DNA from: Acidimicrobiia bacterium
GTDB lineage: Bacteria; Actinomycetota; Acidimicrobiia; Spongiisociales; Spongiisociaceae
DNA: 64,000 bases
Direction of reading: 5' to 3'
Assembly: GCA_041576165.1 (NCBI GenBank)
Contig: JBFGLM010000004.1
Location: forward strand, 64,001-128,000
Part shown: positions 48,054 through 57,904 of the stretch, piece after piece
How positions within the stretch are numbered: position 1 is the stretch's first letter
How the letters are laid out: every line of letters starts with the position of its first letter
Translations under genes and position numbers: made by a program
The notes under the pieces: generated by a model
The model's input: only the letters and a program-made list of their open reading frames with translations
Database searches by the model: none
Told to the model about the DNA's origin: nothing

Positions 48054-49253
48054 GTGGGACGCATCTCAGAACGCATCGGATCTATCAGCGAGTCGGCCAC
48101 CGTGGCCATCACCGCCAAGGCGAAGGCCATGCGTGCCGCCGGGGAGGATGTGATCGGGTTTGGGGCCGGCGAGCCCGACTTCCCGACGCCCGACTACATC
48201 GTCGAGGCGGCTCAGGCGGCGTGTGTTGATCCCCGGATGCACAAGTACTCGCCCGCCGCCGGGCTCCCAAGTCTGCGAGAGGCCGTTGCTGCCAAGACGT
48301 TGCGAGATTCCGCATTCGAGGTCAGTCCCAGCCAGGTGCTCGTCACCAATGGCGGCAAACACGCGGTCTTTGCCACTTGCGCCGCCTTGCTCGATCCGGG
48401 AGACGAGGTGCTGCTGCCCGCCCCGTACTGGGTCAGCTACCCCGTGTGCATCGAACTCGCCGGAGGCGTCATGGTCGAGGTCCCGACGGACGCCGACACC
48501 GGGTTTCGGGTAACCGTGGACGTGCTGGAGGCGGCCCGCACCCCGAGAACAAAGGCCCTGATCTTTGTTTCGCCTTCGAACCCGACCGGCGCCGTGTACA
48601 CCCGTGAACAGGTCCGCGAGATCGGCCGCTGGGCGGCCGAGCACGGGATCTGGGTGATGACGGATGAGATCTACGAGCACCTCGTCTACGGGTCGGCCGA
48701 GTCCGTGTCGATGCCGGCGGAGGTTCCCGAGCTGGCCGACCGCTGTGTGATCGTAAACGGGGTCGCGAAGACCTACGCAATGACGGGTTGGCGGGTGGGT
48801 TGGCTGGTCGGACCTGAAGACGTGGTGAACGCGGCGATCCGGCTCCAGTCGCATTCGACATCCAACGTCGCGAACGTCTCGCAGGCGGCCGCCGAGGCCG
48901 CGGTACGCGGCAGCCTCGACGCAGTGGTGGCGATGCGAGCAGCATTCGATCGCCGGCGCCTCACGATGCTCGGCATGCTCAATCAGATCCCTGGAGTGTC
49001 CTGCATCGAGCCGCATGGGGCGTTCTACGCCTTTCCCTCGTTCGCCGACCTCATCGGACAGACCGTGGTGGGAGAGGAAATCTCCTCGACACTGCACCTC
49101 GCTGATGTCGTGCTGGAGCACGCCGGCGTGGCGTTCGTGCCCGGTGAGGCATTCGGAGCGCCGGGTTATGCTCGGTTTTCGTACGCCCTTGGCGACGACG
49201 ACCTCGTGAAGGGCATCGAACGGATGGCTACGCTGCTGACGAGCGCGGCCTGA
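48054..49253 (+). CDS. Class I PLP aminotransferase (aspartate aminotransferase-like)
   Basis: [33 protein letters not shown]. Confidence 0.93.
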   Translation: MGRISERIGSISESATVAITAKAKAMRAAGEDVIGFGAGEPDFPTPDYIVEAAQAACVDPRMHKYSPAAGLPSLREAVAAKTLRDSAFEVSPSQVLVTNGGKHAVFATCAALLDPGDEVLLPAPYWVSYPVCIELAGGVMVEVPTDADTGFRVTVDVLEAARTPRTKALIFVSPSNPTGAVYTREQVREIGRWAAEHGIWVMTDEIYEHLVYGSAESVSMPAEVPELADRCVIVNGVAKTYAMTGWRVGWLVGPEDVVNAAIRLQSHSTSNVANVSQAAAEAAVRGSLDAVVAMRAAFDRRRLTMLGMLNQIPGVSCIEPHGAFYAFPSFADLIGQTVVGEEISSTLHLADVVLEHAGVAFVPGEAFGAPGYARFSYALGDDDLVKGIERMATLLTSAA

Positions 49254-49413
49254 CAGAGTTTCCCAGACGACAGCCGCCCGGTAGACGGGACGTAGGACCG
49301 ACGACTCATTTGCGCGCTCAGAGCGCCTGTTCGCCGCAATTGTCCCCAATAAGCCGCACCAGATCACTACGTTGAGTGGTGCCAGGTCATCGCAGCGAGG
49401 GTGGGGTTTTTGA

Positions 49414-50001
49414 ATGCACGCCTTTTCCGGTCTCATCGACACGTCCGAACGCGCCGCAGATCCTTCTCTGCGGGTGCGGGTCTACATCAGCGAAGCGACC
49501 GTCGAGGTGGCGACCCTCGATGGTGATTCGTGGGTGTGGGATTCCACCCGTGCTCAAATCTCCCGTGTGAAGGCCGACCGGTTTCGCCTCAATCTGGGCG
49601 ACGAGGCGCTCTTCTTCTTGCCGGACGACCCGATCGCCTTCACCCTGAAAGCGAACATCGGCACGGGCGAGGCCGACGCCGAAACCGAGCCGAGGCAGGG
49701 CTGGCTCCGGCGTCGTCTCGAAGAGGCATCGGCAGAGGCCGCGGTTCCCGAGGCACCGGTGTACATCCCAGACTTCTCGGAGCCGACCTCGAGGCGCAGA
49801 AAGCGTTTCAGCCGCCGGGCGCAGCACGCCCACATCTGGGAAGAGACCGTGGCGGCCGGGGTGGCGCGGCGCCGATGCACCGATTGCGGCCACGTCTCCA
49901 TCGATCTGACGAAGTTGACATCTTCGTTCGGGCCGAAGGTCCGCCCGGCCGATCCCGCTCAGCCGAAAACGATGTCGTCCGGTCGTACCGGCGCCCGGTA
50001 G
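49414..50001 (+). CDS. Hypothetical protein with C-terminal HxH...CxxC motif
   Basis: Beta-rich N-terminus; HAHIW...RRCTDCGH; 3' end overlaps the convergent molybdoenzyme gene by 43 nt. Confidence 0.6.
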   Translation: MHAFSGLIDTSERAADPSLRVRVYISEATVEVATLDGDSWVWDSTRAQISRVKADRFRLNLGDEALFFLPDDPIAFTLKANIGTGEADAETEPRQGWLRRRLEEASAEAAVPEAPVYIPDFSEPTSRRRKRFSRRAQHAHIWEETVAAGVARRRCTDCGHVSIDLTKLTSSFGPKVRPADPAQPKTMSSGRTGAR

Positions 50002-52184
50002 AGGTCTTTTCCGGTTGCCGAACGTATGGCGGCAACCACCGCCGCGGTCGAGCTGATCGTGGGTGGCTCACCTACGCCTTTCGCGCCGAACGGCCCGAAC
50101 GTGCCCGGCTCCTCGACGAGTTCCGCGACCACATCCGGGGCGTCGGCAAACGTCGGGAGCAGGTAGTCGGTGAAGGATGCGTTCCTGATCACGCCCCCGT
50201 CGACCACCAGTTCCTCCATCACCGCCAGCCCGACGCCCTGCATGATGCCGCCCTCGATCTGGCCGATGACCGAGCGTGGGTTTAGAGCAACTCCCACGTC
50301 CTGGGCGGTGTCGACCCTGACCACCCGGACAAGCCCGAGATCCGGGTCCACATCAACTACCGCTCGATGGGCGGCCACGGCAAAGTCGACGTGCTTGTTA
50401 CCTTGCCCGTCTGGCGTCGGGCCATCCGTCGGAGCATGCCGGAAACGGGTGTGATACTCAAAGGGACCCTCTTCGCCAATCAACCCAAACGGCGCGATCA
50501 ATTCGCTTCCCCGCCACACACCCTCATCATCGAGCCGATCGCCCGCAAACCGGCGCAGCACGTCGTCCAGCACGGCTTCGGCGGCTTCCAACACTGCGCT
50601 GCCCGTCATCTGCGTTTGGCGTGACGCTGACGTCGAGCCGGCGGACCCGATCTTCGACGTGTCGTCGTAGACCACGGCAACGGACGAGATACCGAGGATG
50701 CTCCGCACGATCTGTTGAAGCACCAGGGTCAGGCCCTGGCCGACCTCGACCGCGGCCGTGTGGACCTCGGCCCCAAACTCCGTCAACACGACCCGTGCCT
50801 CGGAGTAGTCGTCGAAGCCCTCGGAGAACGCCAGGTTCTTGATGCTCAGCGCGTAGCCGACACCGCGCCGCATTTGGGAGTGTGAGGTGGTCAAACCGGT
50901 CCCGCCGGGCAGCCGGCGGGGATCGTCGGAGACCTCTGAGGCGGGAAGCGGAATCGATCGGACCTTGTCGATCAACGTACGAGTGGGTAGTGAAGTCTCG
51001 ATTATCTGTCCGGTGGTGGGAAGCGGATCGCCGGGGCCGAGCGCGTTGAGCCGGCGCAGTTGCATCCTGTCCATGCCCAGGGCGTCCGCCAGCTTGTCCA
51101 TCTGCGACTCGTGCGCAAAACACGCCTGGACGGCCCCAAACCCACGCATCGCGCCGCACGGCGGATTGTTCGTGCGGGCTGCGACACCGTCGACGGCCAC
51201 CGAATCGCACCGATACGGGCCTACTGCGAAATACGACGCGTTGCCGATGACGGCGGAGCTGGTCGATGCGTATCCGCCGCCGTCCAGCAGAATCCGCGCC
51301 TCGACCCGCACGAGCGTTCCGTCCAGGTTGGCTTCGTGCCGGTACCACATGCGGGCCGGGTGGCGATGGACGTGGCCGACGAACGATTCGGTCCGGTCGT
51401 ACACCATCTTCACCGGCCGGCCCGTATGCAGGGCCAGCAGGCAGATGTGAATCTGCAAGCTCACGTCTTCCCGCGCCCCAAATGCCCCCCCGACCCCGGC
51501 CGGGTGCACCCGAATCTCGTCGTCTTTGACTCCGAGGCTGGCGACGATCTGAGCGTGATCGGCGTGCGTCCACTGAGTTGCGATGTACAGATCCACCCCG
51601 CCTCCATCGTCGGGTATGGCCAGCCCCGCCTCGGTGCCGAGCGGTGCCTGGTCCTGGCTACCGACCTCGTAGTACCCCTCGACCGACACGTCTCCGTGGA
51701 CGTCTTGGTCGCCTCGCCTGATCACGATGTGGCGGAACACCTGACCGTTACGCTCGGCTTCCTCGGGATCGGTCACGGGATCTCTTGCCTCGTATTCGAC
51801 GCCGACGGCGTCGGCCGCACGGCGCGCCTGAAACGGGTCCTCTGCCGCCACGACCGCCACGGGCTGACCCCAGTACATCACCTCGTCGGTCGCGAGCACA
51901 GGCTGGTCGGCCTCCTCGAGCCCGAACAGTTTGCGGCCGGGAACATCATCGCCGGAAAGCACCGCATAGACACCCGGCAACGCGAGCGCGGGGGCAGGGT
52001 CGATGCGGGCGATGCGGGCGCGCGGATGCGGGCTGCGCACCGTTGCGCCCCACAGCATCCCCTCGGCGAAGAGGTCGGACGCGAACGCAAAATCGCCTTG
52101 CACCTTGGGCGGCCCGTCGGGGCGATCGGCATCGGTTCCGACTCCCGCAACCACCGGGATATGTAGCCCCGTCGAAATCGTCAT
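49959..52184 (-). CDS. Xanthine dehydrogenase-family molybdopterin-binding subunit
   Basis: GVGGAFG, AMRGFG, VEVGQG, SASRQT, GQIEGG, AKGVGEP. Confidence 0.92.
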   Translation of the reverse strand: MTISTGLHIPVVAGVGTDADRPDGPPKVQGDFAFASDLFAEGMLWGATVRSPHPRARIARIDPAPALALPGVYAVLSGDDVPGRKLFGLEEADQPVLATDEVMYWGQPVAVVAAEDPFQARRAADAVGVEYEARDPVTDPEEAERNGQVFRHIVIRRGDQDVHGDVSVEGYYEVGSQDQAPLGTEAGLAIPDDGGGVDLYIATQWTHADHAQIVASLGVKDDEIRVHPAGVGGAFGAREDVSLQIHICLLALHTGRPVKMVYDRTESFVGHVHRHPARMWYRHEANLDGTLVRVEARILLDGGGYASTSSAVIGNASYFAVGPYRCDSVAVDGVAARTNNPPCGAMRGFGAVQACFAHESQMDKLADALGMDRMQLRRLNALGPGDPLPTTGQIIETSLPTRTLIDKVRSIPLPASEVSDDPRRLPGGTGLTTSHSQMRRGVGYALSIKNLAFSEGFDDYSEARVVLTEFGAEVHTAAVEVGQGLTLVLQQIVRSILGISSVAVVYDDTSKIGSAGSTSASRQTQMTGSAVLEAAEAVLDDVLRRFAGDRLDDEGVWRGSELIAPFGLIGEEGPFEYHTRFRHAPTDGPTPDGQGNKHVDFAVAAHRAVVDVDPDLGLVRVVRVDTAQDVGVALNPRSVIGQIEGGIMQGVGLAVMEELVVDGGVIRNASFTDYLLPTFADAPDVVAELVEEPGTFGPFGAKGVGEPPTISSTAAVVAAIRSATGKDLYRAPVRPDDIVFG

Positions 52185-52633
52185 GTCACCATGCCCTCGA
52201 TCGCTCTGAGGATCGAGCCGTAGCCGGTGCACCGACAGATGTTGCCGGCGAGGGCCTCGCGAACGTCTTCCCGGCTCAGCTGCGGGCGGGTGTCGAGCAG
52301 ATGTGCGGCCGCCACTACGAATCCCGGAGTGCAGAACCCGCACTGGACGCCGCCTGCTTCCAGTAGCGCGAGCTGGACGGGATGCATGGCATCGTCCCCG
52401 CCGATCCCCTCGACCGTTGTCACTTCACTCTTGTGCGCGTCGGCGGCCATCACCAGACACGAACAAACGAGCTCGCCGTCGAGAATGATGGAGCATGATC
52501 CGCACTCGCCCTGCTCGCAGGCCCCCTTTGACCCAGGCAGGTTGAGCTTTTCCCGTAATACGTACAGCAGGCTCTCGGGGCCATCCACGTCGGCTTCCAT
52601 CTCGCTGCCGTTGACCGTCACGGTGATCTTCAT
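52181..52633 (-). CDS. Xanthine dehydrogenase-family 2Fe-2S subunit
   Basis: CEQGECGSC, QCGFCTPG, GNICRCTGY. Confidence 0.93.
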   Translation of the reverse strand: MKITVTVNGSEMEADVDGPESLLYVLREKLNLPGSKGACEQGECGSCSIILDGELVCSCLVMAADAHKSEVTTVEGIGGDDAMHPVQLALLEAGGVQCGFCTPGFVVAAAHLLDTRPQLSREDVREALAGNICRCTGYGSILRAIEGMVT

Positions 52634-53451
52634 GCAAGAACCCGTTCCACAACCCGCCGGGCGAGCACCCCGGCCGCATGGCGGCGGTAAGCCTCGGTGC
52701 CGCGTTGATCCGTGATCGGTTGTACCTCGGCGGCGGCCATCTGCTGCAACCGATCGAGCGTGTCGGGATCCGGCGCAGACAACCCCGAGACGAGATCCTC
52801 CACCCGAGCGAGCCGCAGCGGGCCGGGAGCGACCGCCCCCATCGCAACAGCCACCCGGCCATCCGCCCAGCGCATGGCACAAGCACTCACCATCGAGATC
52901 ACCATCGCCGAGCGGATGCCGATCTTGGCAAAAGCCTGGTCTTCAGGCATGTCTGCCGGCAGGATCGCCGCGGTTATCAGTTCATCCGGTCGGCGATCGG
53001 TCCGTTTGACGCCGGTGATGAACTGGCGCCACCCGATCGTGCGGATGCCGGCAGTCGACCTCAGTTCTATCTCGGCATCGAGCGCCGCCAGCACGGGCAG
53101 GGTGTCGCCCGCAGGTGATGCCGTCCCCAGATTGCCGCCCAGCGTCCCCGCGGTTCTGATCTGGGGTGACCCGACTGTGCGAGCGGCTTCGGCCAGTGCT
53201 AGAACCGGACCGGATTCCATCGTCTGATACGTCACGTTGGCCCCGATCCGGCGGTCGTCCCAGACCGCCAGCTCTCTGATCCGCCGCAGCGAAACGACCC
53301 GTCGCGGGTCACGCTGGCGAAAGTTGACCTCGACCATCAAGTCGGTCCCGCCCGCCAGCGGGGTGACGTCTGGATCGGCCGCCAGGGCGGCGAGCGCGTC
53401 GTCAATCGATGTTGCGTGCACAATCTCCACAGGAACCCTCGGTTTGATCAC
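52630..53451 (-). CDS. Xanthine dehydrogenase-family FAD-binding subunit
   Basis: AGGTDL, GSPQIRTAGTLGGN, SPAGD. Confidence 0.92.
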   Translation of the reverse strand: MIKPRVPVEIVHATSIDDALAALAADPDVTPLAGGTDLMVEVNFRQRDPRRVVSLRRIRELAVWDDRRIGANVTYQTMESGPVLALAEAARTVGSPQIRTAGTLGGNLGTASPAGDTLPVLAALDAEIELRSTAGIRTIGWRQFITGVKRTDRRPDELITAAILPADMPEDQAFAKIGIRSAMVISMVSACAMRWADGRVAVAMGAVAPGPLRLARVEDLVSGLSAPDPDTLDRLQQMAAAEVQPITDQRGTEAYRRHAAGVLARRVVERVLA

Positions 53452-53480
53452 AAGCTACACGTAGGGCGGCGGCGAACCTG

Positions 53481-54845
53481 TCAACCTGCCGCGATCCGGG
53501 CGGCGGCGGCGTTGTGTTGTTCGATCGCCACCCTCAGCTCAATCGTCGTCAGCTCGCCATCCGCTACGACCCGGCGGCCGTGAACCCATGAGTGGTCGAT
53601 CCGCCCAACGTCGCACAGGGCCAGCGCGGCCACCGGATCGTGGCGGGCTCCGCTCAACCCGGGCCGGTCGAGATCGATGGCGATGATGTCTGCGGCTTTG
53701 CCCACCTCAATCGAGCCGATATCGGTGCGCCCCAGCACCGCGGCGCCGCCCCGGGTCGCCAGCCCCAGGGCCGTGCGGGCCGCCATGATGGGGCCGCCGC
53801 CGACATCAGGCGCCGCAGCCAGCCGGTTGAGCAACAATGCCTGGCGAACTTCGGCCAGCATGTTGCTGGAGTCGTTGGAGGCCGATCCGTCGACACCCAA
53901 ACCGACCGGCACGCCCGCCCGCAGATACTGGCGGACCGGCGCGATCCCGGATGCCAGCCGCATGTTCGAGGTCGGGCAGTGGGCCACACCGGTCCCTGCC
54001 GCTGCCATCCGTTCGATCTCGTCGGTGACGACATGTACGGCGTGCGCCAACCAGACATCGTCGCCAGCCCACCCGACCCGTTCCGCATAGGCGACAGGCC
54101 GCACACCGTACGTGGCCCGGCAAAACTCGTCCTCGTCGGCGGTTTCGGCGAGGTGGGTGTGGAGCCGTAGACCAGCCTCACGGGCGAATTCGGCCGAGTC
54201 GCGCATCAGCTCGGGAGTGACCGAAAAGGGCGAGCAAGGCGCGATCACGATTTGCAGCATCGATCCCGGTTGCCCGTCGTGAAACGCCTCGAATGTCCGC
54301 GAGTAATCCTCGAGAATCGCGTCGTGGGTTTCCACGACCGAGTCGGGTGGCAGTCCACCGTCGGATTCACCCAGGGTCATTCCGCCTCGGGAGAGGTGCA
54401 CCCGCAAACCGATCGCTGTTGCCCCCTCCACTTGATGATCCAGCCGGCTGCCGTTAGGCCAAAGATACTGATGATCGAACACCGTCGTGCACCCCGAGAG
54501 CGCCAGTTCGGCGAGGCCAACCGTGGTCGCAATCCTGACGTCGTCCGGTTGCATCCGTGCCCAGATCGGATACAACGTTGTGAGCCAGTCGAAGAGCCCG
54601 GCGTCCTGTGCGGCCGGCACGACCCGTGTCAACGTCTGATACAGATGGTGATGGGTGTTGATCAGCCCGGGGAGCACGACGTGACCATCGAGGTCGACAA
54701 CCTCGTCAGCCGCCGGCGCGTCGGCCGCCGGTCCTACCCAGCTGATCCAGCCATCTTCGATCAGGATCGATCCGCCGGCGATTTCCTGGCCGGCGCCATC
54801 GAAGGTCGCCAGCACCTCGGCATCGTGCAATAGGAGCTTCGTCAT
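53481..54845 (-). CDS. 8-oxoguanine deaminase-like amidohydrolase
   Basis: NTHHHLYQ, PCSPFSV, HTHLAE, HCPTSN, GVDGSASND. Confidence 0.88.
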   Translation of the reverse strand: MTKLLLHDAEVLATFDGAGQEIAGGSILIEDGWISWVGPAADAPAADEVVDLDGHVVLPGLINTHHHLYQTLTRVVPAAQDAGLFDWLTTLYPIWARMQPDDVRIATTVGLAELALSGCTTVFDHQYLWPNGSRLDHQVEGATAIGLRVHLSRGGMTLGESDGGLPPDSVVETHDAILEDYSRTFEAFHDGQPGSMLQIVIAPCSPFSVTPELMRDSAEFAREAGLRLHTHLAETADEDEFCRATYGVRPVAYAERVGWAGDDVWLAHAVHVVTDEIERMAAAGTGVAHCPTSNMRLASGIAPVRQYLRAGVPVGLGVDGSASNDSSNMLAEVRQALLLNRLAAAPDVGGGPIMAARTALGLATRGGAAVLGRTDIGSIEVGKAADIIAIDLDRPGLSGARHDPVAALALCDVGRIDHSWVHGRRVVADGELTTIELRVAIEQHNAAAARIAAG

Positions 54846-54957
54846 GATGTCAGGCTAGGTCTGGTATCTGCCCCAACCTGTGCATCAGACGGGTCCGGCG
54901 GGAGACCTCCGAGGGGCCGGTACACTCCGTGGGCGCGCAAGGGGAAAGAGACGCCGC

Positions 54958-56037
54958 GTGTCGAGCCAAACCGCACAGGCCATGGTGCTCATCGAGCCCA
55001 GACGGCTGACCGCCACGTCGTTGCCGATGGTGGACGTCGAACACGGGGGCTGGTTGGCTGTGGAGTCCACCGGCATCTCCGGCGTGGACATCCAAGCCTG
55101 GTCGGGTACGGGGAGATCGACGCCGTACCCGCTGATCCCGGGGCATGAGCTGGTCGGTCGGATCGCCCGCTGGGCCAACGGATCGCCACCACTCCCGGTC
55201 GGCACCCGGGTCGTGCTCGAGAGCAGCATCCGCTGTGGAGCGTGCCGACGATGCCTCAACGGGCTGTCCAGCTGTACATTCCGGCGTCCCGTCAACGCCT
55301 ACGGGCGGATCTCTTCGACTCACCGGCCGGCGCTGTGGGGCGGCCTGGCTGAGTACGTCTACATCGATCCCGGCTCTCGCATTCACGCAGTGACCGACAA
55401 CGTCGAAGCGGCCGTCGCCACCTTCGCTCACCCGCTCGCGGCCGGATTCACCTGGGCGGTGGAATTACCCGGTTTGTCCCAGGGCGAAACCGTCATGATT
55501 CTCGGGCCTGGTCCCCGCGGTCTAGCCGCGCTGATCGCGGCGAAGGCGTCCGGGGCCGCCTGGGTGGGCGTTTCAGGGTTGAGCCACGATCATGAGCGGC
55601 TGGCCGCGGCCGAACGCTTGGGCGCCGACCTAGTGGTAGATGCCGCGACCGAGGACGTTGGGGCGGCGGTGGCGAACAGCCTCGGTGCCCGGCCCGATAT
55701 CGTCGTCGACGTCACCCGAGACGATCCCGAGGCGATCCATATGGCACTCGATCTGGTCCGCGGAGGCGGGCGGATCACGATCGCTTCCACCAAGGGCGTG
55801 AACGCCGTGAATCAGCTGTTCTCCGACGTGATCGTGCTCAAGGAGTTGGTGATTCGAGGTGCCTTTGGTGCCAGCTCGGCCGGTTACCACTGGGCAACCC
55901 GCCAGCTGGGCGTCGATCCCCGCATCGATCAGATGGTCTCGCACGAGTTTCCGCTATCCGAGGCGTCCCGCGCGATCCAGGCCGCCGCCGGTCTGTTGGG
56001 GACCGACGAGCTCATGTCGGTGGCTGTCACGGTCTGA
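54958..56037 (+). CDS. MDR/zinc-binding dehydrogenase-family protein with altered catalytic site
   Basis: PGHE, structural Zn CGACRRC...C, GPGPRG; GISGVD in place of GICGxD. Confidence 0.85.
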   Translation: MSSQTAQAMVLIEPRRLTATSLPMVDVEHGGWLAVESTGISGVDIQAWSGTGRSTPYPLIPGHELVGRIARWANGSPPLPVGTRVVLESSIRCGACRRCLNGLSSCTFRRPVNAYGRISSTHRPALWGGLAEYVYIDPGSRIHAVTDNVEAAVATFAHPLAAGFTWAVELPGLSQGETVMILGPGPRGLAALIAAKASGAAWVGVSGLSHDHERLAAAERLGADLVVDAATEDVGAAVANSLGARPDIVVDVTRDDPEAIHMALDLVRGGGRITIASTKGVNAVNQLFSDVIVLKELVIRGAFGASSAGYHWATRQLGVDPRIDQMVSHEFPLSEASRAIQAAAGLLGTDELMSVAVTV

Positions 56038-56085
56038 CCCCGTCCGCATCGCAGCACAGCCCGACCGATCCAATAAGCTCCTGCT

Positions 56086-57006
56086 GTGCGTTCTCTCCTT
56101 CTCCTCGCCAATCCGGCCGCCTCCGGCTTCACCGGTGGACTCCATCGTGACGTGGTTGCGATGCTGCGGAGGACCTACGAAGTCGACGCCTCGTGGCCGA
56201 AGTCGCCCGAAGCCGCCAGGGGCCAGGCCGCGGAGGCGGTCGTGGCCGGGGTGGACATGGTCGTGGCGTTCGGAGGCGACGGCGTCGTTCACCACGTCGC
56301 CAACGGTCTACTCGGTTCACCGACGGCCCTGGGCGTGATCCCGGCCGGCACCACGAACGTGATGGCCCGGATCCTGCGGCTTCCGTACAAGCCGATGGCT
56401 GCCGCGCGTTTTCTGGCGTCAGACCCACCCAGGAAACACGTTCCGGTGGCGCAACTCCAGACGTCGGCACCGGTGGGAGCCAGCGACAAACGAGCCGCGT
56501 TGTTTGCAGCTGGGGCCGGGCTCGACGCCGAAGTTGTGGCGATCGCCGAGCAGGAGCCATATCGCAAATACAGCTTCGGTTCGGTCCACTACGCGAGAAC
56601 TGCTCTCGGCGTCCTTTGGAACAGATTCCGGGAGCGGCCCGCCAACATGCGAATCGTGACCCCGGGGCGGTCCGCGGACGCCGTGGCCGCATTCGTCCAG
56701 ATCCACCGCATGTATTCGTATTTCGGCCGGGTGCCGTTGCAGCTTGCCGGGCACCAACCCGGCACGCTCACGACTCTCGTGGTGCACGAAATGCCGCCCC
56801 ATCGAGCCCTGCCCGTCCTGGCTCGGGCTCTGACCACCGGCCAGGTGGGGAAGGTAAAAGGCTGCGAACTGTGGACCGGCGTCGAGCATCTGTCGATCAC
56901 GGCCGATCCCCCGGCGGCACTGCAAACGGACGGGGAGCTGCTCGGGGAGGTCGCGGAGACGCGCATCCACGTCGAGCCCAACGCGCTGCTGGTAGCAGCT
57001 CCCTGA
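56086..57006 (+). CDS. Diacylglycerol/lipid kinase family protein
   Basis: NPAAS, GGDG, PAGTTN, GLDA, QTDGE. Confidence 0.88.
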   Translation: MRSLLLLANPAASGFTGGLHRDVVAMLRRTYEVDASWPKSPEAARGQAAEAVVAGVDMVVAFGGDGVVHHVANGLLGSPTALGVIPAGTTNVMARILRLPYKPMAAARFLASDPPRKHVPVAQLQTSAPVGASDKRAALFAAGAGLDAEVVAIAEQEPYRKYSFGSVHYARTALGVLWNRFRERPANMRIVTPGRSADAVAAFVQIHRMYSYFGRVPLQLAGHQPGTLTTLVVHEMPPHRALPVLARALTTGQVGKVKGCELWTGVEHLSITADPPAALQTDGELLGEVAETRIHVEPNALLVAAP

Positions 57007-57864
57007 TCAGGCCGGGGCGCCTCCCGCCTGGTGGACGTGCACCTCGACCTGGGGGAACGCGATGGAGATTCCTTCTCTGTCGAACCGCAGCTTGATCCGT
57101 CGGAAGGCCTCGCGTTTGACCAGCCAGCGCTGATCCGGCAACGACTTCACGACGCCGCGCAGCACGACGGAGGAGTCACCCAGGGCATCGACTCCCAGGA
57201 TCTGCGGCGGCTCGAGGATGATGTCCGCCCAATCGGCATCCGTCGCAAGCGCCTCCAGCTCGTCGGCCATCACGGCCAAGGCCGCATCGACATCGCTGCC
57301 GTAGGTGACACCAACGTCGAGCACCAGCTGGGCGAAATCCTGGGTCCGATTGGTGGAGACTTGGATCTGGCCGTTGGGAACGTAGTGCACGTAGCCGTGG
57401 AGATCGCGCAGGACCGTGACCCGCAATTGGATGTCCTCGACCGTGCCCGAGACGCCACCAACGTCGATAACGTCGCCGATCCCGTACTGGTCTTCAACGA
57501 TGATGAAGAACCCGGCGATGACGTCCTGAACCAGCCCCTGTGCCCCGAAGCCGACGGCCACCCCCACGATGGACCCGACGGCCAGCAGACCTGAGACCGG
57601 CACGTCCCAGATCGACAGCACAGTGACCGCAACGATCAGGACCAGCAGCACGGTGCCAACCCGGCGCACCATGGTCCAGACTGTGTTGGCGCGCTGTTCC
57701 CGCTCTACTTCGTGCTTGTCGGACGTTCGGGCCGACAAGGCACCCACCCAGCGGCCCCCGAAGCGCCGGAACGTCCACCACACGACCAGCGCCAGCAACA
57801 CAACCACGAGCGATCGGGTGAGCTGGCTGCCGGCGGCATCCATGAGGTCCCGGACGATTTCCAT
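57007..57864 (-). CDS. mscS: Small-conductance mechanosensitive channel
   Basis: AVGFGAQGLVQDVIAG, GDVI, GTVEDI, VPNG, IAFPQ. Confidence 0.92.
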   Translation of the reverse strand: MEIVRDLMDAAGSQLTRSLVVVLLALVVWWTFRRFGGRWVGALSARTSDKHEVEREQRANTVWTMVRRVGTVLLVLIVAVTVLSIWDVPVSGLLAVGSIVGVAVGFGAQGLVQDVIAGFFIIVEDQYGIGDVIDVGGVSGTVEDIQLRVTVLRDLHGYVHYVPNGQIQVSTNRTQDFAQLVLDVGVTYGSDVDAALAVMADELEALATDADWADIILEPPQILGVDALGDSSVVLRGVVKSLPDQRWLVKREAFRRIKLRFDREGISIAFPQVEVHVHQAGGAPA

Positions 57865-57904
57865 CTAGCCAGAGTACGGCCGGGGACTGGCGTGCTCGCG
57901 GATT

